Below, piece by piece: positions 58,937 to 64,000 of a stretch of 64,000 bases of DNA. Position numbers and translations under genes: made by a program. Origin of the DNA: Entomortierella parvispora E1425 (taxonomy: Eukaryota > Fungi > Mortierellomycota); NCBI GenBank assembly GCA_020891255.1, contig BQFW01000012.1:1550001-1614000 (forward strand). The letters are read 5' to 3'. Position 1 is the first letter of the stretch; every line of letters begins with the position of its first letter. The notes below the pieces were generated by a model that saw nothing but the letters and a program-made list of their open reading frames with translations, did no database searches and was not told the DNA's origin.

Positions 58937-60604
58937 ATGCACTCGGCCACTAACCCTTCTCAAGACGGCAGGCACGTCTTTATCACAATTAGTCCACTCC
59001 CTGACCAGACGCTCACTACAAATTCGCGTCTAGCCAACAACACGCGCCCCGCGGCTGATCCCCGAAGATTGGCCACTCAACTCGAAGCCAACGCCTTCAG
59101 ACCTACAGGATTCGGCATGCTCTTGGACCCAATGCTCACAGACAGCCCCTCAGACTTTGCTGATCAACAGGATCGACTGGAGGGGCTTTGTGCTGCCTAC
59201 GTTCCACTTGACCACCTACCCCTAAACTCGAATCCCTTTTGGCAAGACTTGGCTCGAGAAAATCCAAGCTGGGGCCTCGGCACCACCCAGGCGAACCACC
59301 AGCTGCAACCCATTGTCCCCATCGCTGTCGTTTCGCATCACTTACTCGGGCTGAATATCGGATCTCAAGATAGCTCAATTGCCAGCTGCAGAAAAACAGC
59401 ATCTTCCAGTCAAGAGGCGAACCTGTCCGAAGATGACTCCTCTCAGTCTCAGAATAGGACAGCCTCTGCAGGCTTTGCAGAGATGGACGCTACGACAACG
59501 ATGGCGACGACGGCTTCGTCGCCCTCTGTGCCGGCTCAGTCCACCCCTTTGATTCGAGACGACCATGCAATTTTGGAGGCTGTCCGAGCCTCGTTTTTGA
59601 AAGAACCATATATCTCTCCCTTGTCGAAGACGACCCAGAGTTTCGCTTCTCTTTCAGCAAACTCACAGGAGGGTATGCCGGCTCGACCGTTCAATCGAAG
59701 TATAAAAAGACGATCAAGTCATGCAGCCAAGCAGGACTGCCTCACTGACCAAGAGGACGAGAGCGACGAAGGTGACAGCGAGAACGACGAAGAGCCTTCA
59801 TCCCGAGCAAATACCGCCCGCAGTTTTCTCAGCCAAGGAGGACGAAAGCGGACTCGAATCACTGGTCAGGGCCACCATAGCATCCAAGGAGGAGGATGGG
59901 ATTATCAATCCATGATGTATAATATGGCGACCATGTCTATGGTGGACCTACATCAGGAGTCAGCTTACATGTCTTCGTCGTTGATATCAACCCCTGGGTC
60001 TGACAGTGCTACTTCTTCTGACCCCTCCACATTGATCAACCTGCCGTTGCGCACTCAATTGAGGCCATCCCCTTTCAAGAGTCGTTACACACGCTCCAAC
60101 GCTCCACCTCCGTCCTCTCGTTCAGGCTCATCGCCACCATCGGATCTACCGATCGAACCATCGCACTACTTTGCAGGGGGTTCATCTGGCCAGTCCACCT
60201 CGTCGAGGGAGTCCTCCTCCCCTACCTTTTCTCCCCCTGGGATCAAGAAACGCCGCTCAAGAGACACGCGGTACCTCCAGTTTAAGGGAATCGTCACTGA
60301 CAAAGGCGGCCGCCTCACTTTTGAGTGCAACGCTTGCCCACGGGGTCATTTCCAGTTCCATGACGATCGACAGCTGAAGCGACATGCGGTCTCTCACCTC
60401 TTTTCCAAAAGCAGGAACAAGTTTCGTTGTCTGGATTGTCCCGATGGACAAAACTTTGCGCGCAGGGATGCCGTGCGACGTCACTTTGAGAGTGTCACGT
60501 ACAAGTGCTGCTTTGACCGAGGATTCTACGAGGAACTGGATTCTGACAGGGATGAATATGTTCGACGTCGTATTGAACCTCACTGGACCAAGTCGTCGAG
60601 ATAA
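58937..60604 (+). CDS. Zinc-finger transcription factor (C2H2 + C2HC), ~555 aa
   Basis: Intronless ORF. Basic NLS-like KKRRSR, then FECNACPRGHFQFHDDRQLKRHAVSH and FRCLDCPDGQNFARRDAVRRHFESVTYKCC. Confidence 0.85.
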   Translation: MHSATNPSQDGRHVFITISPLPDQTLTTNSRLANNTRPAADPRRLATQLEANAFRPTGFGMLLDPMLTDSPSDFADQQDRLEGLCAAYVPLDHLPLNSNPFWQDLARENPSWGLGTTQANHQLQPIVPIAVVSHHLLGLNIGSQDSSIASCRKTASSSQEANLSEDDSSQSQNRTASAGFAEMDATTTMATTASSPSVPAQSTPLIRDDHAILEAVRASFLKEPYISPLSKTTQSFASLSANSQEGMPARPFNRSIKRRSSHAAKQDCLTDQEDESDEGDSENDEEPSSRANTARSFLSQGGRKRTRITGQGHHSIQGGGWDYQSMMYNMATMSMVDLHQESAYMSSSLISTPGSDSATSSDPSTLINLPLRTQLRPSPFKSRYTRSNAPPPSSRSGSSPPSDLPIEPSHYFAGGSSGQSTSSRESSSPTFSPPGIKKRRSRDTRYLQFKGIVTDKGGRLTFECNACPRGHFQFHDDRQLKRHAVSHLFSKSRNKFRCLDCPDGQNFARRDAVRRHFESVTYKCCFDRGFYEELDSDRDEYVRRRIEPHWTKSSR

Positions 60605-60818
60605 TTCTCGCAGGATGGCTCAATCGCGCGATACAAGACTACCCAATAATCCTCTCTCAGTTTTTTTTTTTCTTTTGCTTCCTCAAACATGTTTATTGCA
60701 TCGCCAGCACGTAAACTATATAGATTTGTCCTCAATTCTCCCCAAAAGTCTAGGGATGGAGTGGAGGATGGCCAATAAAGTCATTCACTCTTTGTTATGA
60801 ACAATACACTAAAAAGCT

Positions 60819-62792
60819 TTACGAATATCCAAACCAACGACGCGCCCCAAAGTTATAGGTATCTTCCTCCACTGGTCCCAAATTTGGCCAGAATTTTCTA
60901 GCCCACGCCTGTTCGTCCGCGTTGTAAAATTGGACCGACATGCCCATGAGCCCCACGTGTCGCAACTCTTTCAGGCCCCGCATCCGATCCAATCCACTCG
61001 CCAGGGACATGTCCAGACAGTCGTACTGATATCCGACCTGGACATGATTCGCATGCGCGTGGACGCCTTCATTCTGCGCATCAACGAGATATAGCCCATA
61101 ATTGGATCCGTCCGTCTCCTCGTCATGGCCCAGAACCAATTCGCACAAGTTCTTGAGCTGCCCCAGCCGCTCGTAGATCATCTCTTGCTTAATCCTTGGA
61201 TAATCTTTGCCCATATGATCCCTTTCCTCATGTGAAAACGGTCGTCCATTCGTCCTCACTCTGTGTTCTGGTCTAGGAACTTGCCTGATCTCCAACTGAA
61301 GAACCTCCAGGCTATCACAGCAGGCCCATGCCGAAGAGAGCAGATCCCCGGCCATCAGACAGACCTCATTACCATAAGCACCCTTGCTCTCATTCAGTGC
61401 ACACAGTCGCTTCAGGTAGGGTGCATTACTCAATAGAGTCTGGACATTTCGGCTTGAAAAGTGTGTGATACCATCCACCCATAGGTTCTGAAGTGAGGGT
61501 GCAGACTCCAGGATCTTGGCGACAGAAAGAGGACCAAGTTCTCTGATCTGCCCCAGTCCAAGGGTCCTCCAGCCCTCGGTACTGGCTGCCAAGAGATTTG
61601 CCACATCCCTATCTGCAATGATACGATCGTCTATAAACAGTTCGTTCAATCGTGGGCAATTGCTCTTCAGTACCTCCGCAATCATTCCGATTGGAAAAAA
61701 CCGGGTGTCGCCCATCCAAAGCGCTTCCAAGGCGACGCATCGCACCAACAGCTCACAGAGCGTGTGGGTGGTGAAGGCGGCAGTAACCATTAAAGTTCTG
61801 AGATGTGTTAAGAGTGGTCCAGATGGCATGGGCAGTGGACTCGCATCCGAGAAGAGGGTCGGGTTCTGCTGCCCAAAAAAAGAAGGGCACTTAATCAGAG
61901 ATTCGATCGAGTTGGGTAAGGACATGAGCACTCGCCTCACATCTGTTGCTACACTTGGTACAGATGATTCGATATGTGCCTTGATTGTTAAAGACCGTAG
62001 TTTGTTGTTGCGTTGAAGAATTAAGGCCAAGTACGAAAGGAAGGCATCGGTCTTTGAAGAGGATGATGCGGGTGGACGTGCCATTCCGAAGGGCGTTGAT
62101 AGCGAAGGGGTATTGTAGGCACCGAAGCCAAAAAATCCAGGGGTAGAACCCACTGAAGCTGCAGGTGCAGAAGGTGTGTCTGATACTCCATTCAAGGCCG
62201 AGGTTATCGCTCCAAATCCGGATGTCGTGGTGGTGGTAGACCAAAGACCAGCACCAGTTGACGGAGCCGTTGATCCAAAGGCGGAACCCGATGGTGCTGT
62301 TGATCCAGAAGCAGCGCCAGACCCAAACCCAAAGGACGACGGAGCCGTAGACCCAAAGGTGGCACCGGATCCAAATCCAAAGGATGCGCTTGTGGATGAG
62401 GGTCCTGGATAGAAGCCGAATGAAGACGTCGAAGTAGCGGACGCCGTCCCTGCGAACCCTGAAAAGTGTAGAGTCTCTCTCGAATCCACCGCGAGTTCAA
62501 TGAGGCCAGTGCACGTTTGGCCCAATTTGGCCACCAGCTCGACTGCATCACGGAACCTCAGGTCTAGTGTCCGGATATGATGCCCACTCCTAATTAACGC
62601 GCCCTCCATGACCGCGGAGACGAATCGCTCCAAGGCTTCCTGGGTTTTGATATGGATGCTCGACCAGAGAAAGGGCGAAAAGTAGTCATGCCAAGTAGAG
62701 CAGACGCGACTCGCCATGGCAAGATCATGCTTGGAGAGACTGGGGATGATCATGTCATTGATCTCTTGTGGTAGCTGTTGCATGGCGTTCAT
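60819..62792 (-). CDS. F-box / RNI-like leucine-rich repeat protein with FG-rich insertion (~657 aa)
   Basis: N-terminal F-box LPQEINDMIIPSLSKHDLAMASRVCSTWHDYFSPFLW. LRR-like segments (LRTLMV, LEALWM, CPRLNEL, LQNLWV, LEVLQL, LGQLKNLCELVLG) and C-terminal SLASGLDRMRGLKELR, typical of the expanded Mortierellaceae F-box family. Confidence 0.88.
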   Translation of the reverse strand: MNAMQQLPQEINDMIIPSLSKHDLAMASRVCSTWHDYFSPFLWSSIHIKTQEALERFVSAVMEGALIRSGHHIRTLDLRFRDAVELVAKLGQTCTGLIELAVDSRETLHFSGFAGTASATSTSSFGFYPGPSSTSASFGFGSGATFGSTAPSSFGFGSGAASGSTAPSGSAFGSTAPSTGAGLWSTTTTTSGFGAITSALNGVSDTPSAPAASVGSTPGFFGFGAYNTPSLSTPFGMARPPASSSSKTDAFLSYLALILQRNNKLRSLTIKAHIESSVPSVATDVRRVLMSLPNSIESLIKCPSFFGQQNPTLFSDASPLPMPSGPLLTHLRTLMVTAAFTTHTLCELLVRCVALEALWMGDTRFFPIGMIAEVLKSNCPRLNELFIDDRIIADRDVANLLAASTEGWRTLGLGQIRELGPLSVAKILESAPSLQNLWVDGITHFSSRNVQTLLSNAPYLKRLCALNESKGAYGNEVCLMAGDLLSSAWACCDSLEVLQLEIRQVPRPEHRVRTNGRPFSHEERDHMGKDYPRIKQEMIYERLGQLKNLCELVLGHDEETDGSNYGLYLVDAQNEGVHAHANHVQVGYQYDCLDMSLASGLDRMRGLKELRHVGLMGMSVQFYNADEQAWARKFWPNLGPVEEDTYNFGARRWFGYS

Positions 62793-63184
62793 GACCGAGA
62801 ACCAATGAGGAATGGACGAATGAATGGATGGATGAATGAATGAATGAATGAACGAAAGAGATGAGAAGAGATGAAGAGCCAGGGTCAGTTTGTCGCTCAA
62901 TGGTCTTTTTTTTTTTTTTTTTTTTTTTTTTGAAAGCAATTGTTGTGCTGCGCCCACAAGGAACGCCTGTTGGAGTCTTCTGAAATGGCAAGTTTTTTTA
63001 TTTTTATTTTTTAGAAGGCGAGGGTAGCAATGCAATTGAAGGATCTTGTGTATTATAGGAAAGAAAACGGGCAAAGAGTGGAAAGTGTAGAGAGATAGAA
63101 GGAGGGTATAACGGCAAAAACCGAGGACCGTACAGGAAAAGTCGGGGTATATTATTAGCGGCGTGGTGGGGAGGATGCAGGGCA

Positions 63185-64000
63185 CTATGACATCTGCTCC
63201 TGCTTGATGACATGTCCCCAGGAGAGGTTGGATTCCATGCCCGTGCAGGCATTGGCATTGGTGTTGGTATTGGTATTGGTATTGGTATTGGTATTGGTAT
63301 TGGTATTGGCATTGGCCGAGGCATTGGCAGCGGCGGCAGCAGCGGCAGCGGCAGCAGCGGCCTTGGACCGATCAATCTCCTTCCTCAAAGCAGTCGAGAT
63401 CTTTTTGCCCATGCGGCTCATGACCTCGTCCAAGGGCTTGGCGCGGTAGGCACTAATCTCAAAGTGAACCTCGACACCATTCGCCGTCTTGATCTGGCCA
63501 ATGGTACCCACAGACCGGCAAACAGAGTCCATTGGGGACAAGTTGATGTGGCGCGTCACGGCATCGCGTCTTGACAAGTTGGACTTGCAACCCATGCAGT
63601 TCCAAAGAAGCTTGTCGTGGATCGACTCGATGTGGCGGACCAACACCGCGGGACCAGCAAAGCATTGACCGCAGTTGGGGCACTGGTGCGTGGGCGAGGA
63701 CGAGCTGATCACATTGCCATTGTTGTTGGAGGGTGATGTAGGCGAGAGCATGGACGATTCTCGGAGGGTCGACATCCGCCTCTGCGATCCCAAAGAGGAA
63801 TTGGAGGAGATGGAGGAGGTCGAGGACTTGCGAGAGCGGATGATCAGACTTGAGGACATGGATGGAGAAGTCATGGCCATGTTCTCAGAGTATCCGTGCT
63901 GCTGCTGTTGCTGCTGGCGAAGTTTCCGCTCCGTCAGGTAATTGTCGTAGATGCTGTTGCAGGTCTGACCGAACGATGCCGTGGGAGACGTCGCCCTTGA
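63185..64000 (-). CDS. 3' part of a zinc-finger protein (C2H2 + C2HC) with poly-Ala and (NT)n tail; 5' end outside window
   Basis: Frame is open to the window edge. HQCPNCGQCFAGPAVLVRHIESIH (Cx2Cx12Hx4H) and WNCMGCKSNLSRRDAVTRHINLSPMDSVC (Cx2Cx12Hx9C). Confidence 0.85.
   Translation of the reverse strand, partial: SRATSPTASFGQTCNSIYDNYLTERKLRQQQQQQHGYSENMAMTSPSMSSSLIIRSRKSSTSSISSNSSLGSQRRMSTLRESSMLSPTSPSNNNGNVISSSSPTHQCPNCGQCFAGPAVLVRHIESIHDKLLWNCMGCKSNLSRRDAVTRHINLSPMDSVCRSVGTIGQIKTANGVEVHFEISAYRAKPLDEVMSRMGKKISTALRKEIDRSKAAAAAAAAAAAANASANANTNTNTNTNTNTNTNTNANACTGMESNLSWGHVIKQEQMS
63248..63360. repeat. Coding microsatellites (ATTGGT)n and (GGCAGC)n, encoding (NT)n and poly-Ala on the minus strand
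   Basis: ggtattggtattggtatt... and gcagcggcggcagcagcggcagcggcagcagcggc read directly. Confidence 0.85.

Overview
Eukaryotic fungal genomic DNA with short spliceosomal introns, pyrimidine-rich UTRs and long A/T homopolymers. The gene content (F-box/LRR protein, Frizzled-like GPCR, class II DAHP synthase) suggests Mortierellaceae (Mucoromycota); this is an inference. I reconstructed 27 protein-coding genes by hand-splicing. In order: 3' end of a Gin4/Cdr2-like kinase; OFA-family MFS transporter; a six-exon SPC3 gene barely visible in the ORF track; Ras-like GTPase; orphan protein; Frizzled/Smoothened-like GPCR; aldose 1-epimerase; TBRG1-like FYR protein; class II DAHP synthase; MOB2; tubulin cofactor A; a three-gene secreted/cell-surface cluster; arginase; RhoGEF; MAP kinase kinase; Maf-like pyrophosphatase; P5A ATPase SPF1; NDUFAF4-like protein; a ~1150-aa orphan; three C2H2/C2HC zinc-finger proteins; and an F-box/LRR protein with an FG-rich insert. 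The most striking region is 29.3-33.7 kb, three co-oriented TATA-containing genes. They encode an 8-Cys type I membrane protein, a prepro-peptide predicted to release a cationic Val-rich 26-mer, and a Kex2-type precursor with 16 tandem copies of a hyperacidic 14-mer ending in FLFL. The last two share an almost identical leader. I found no rRNA, tRNA, CRISPR array or convincing mobile element.
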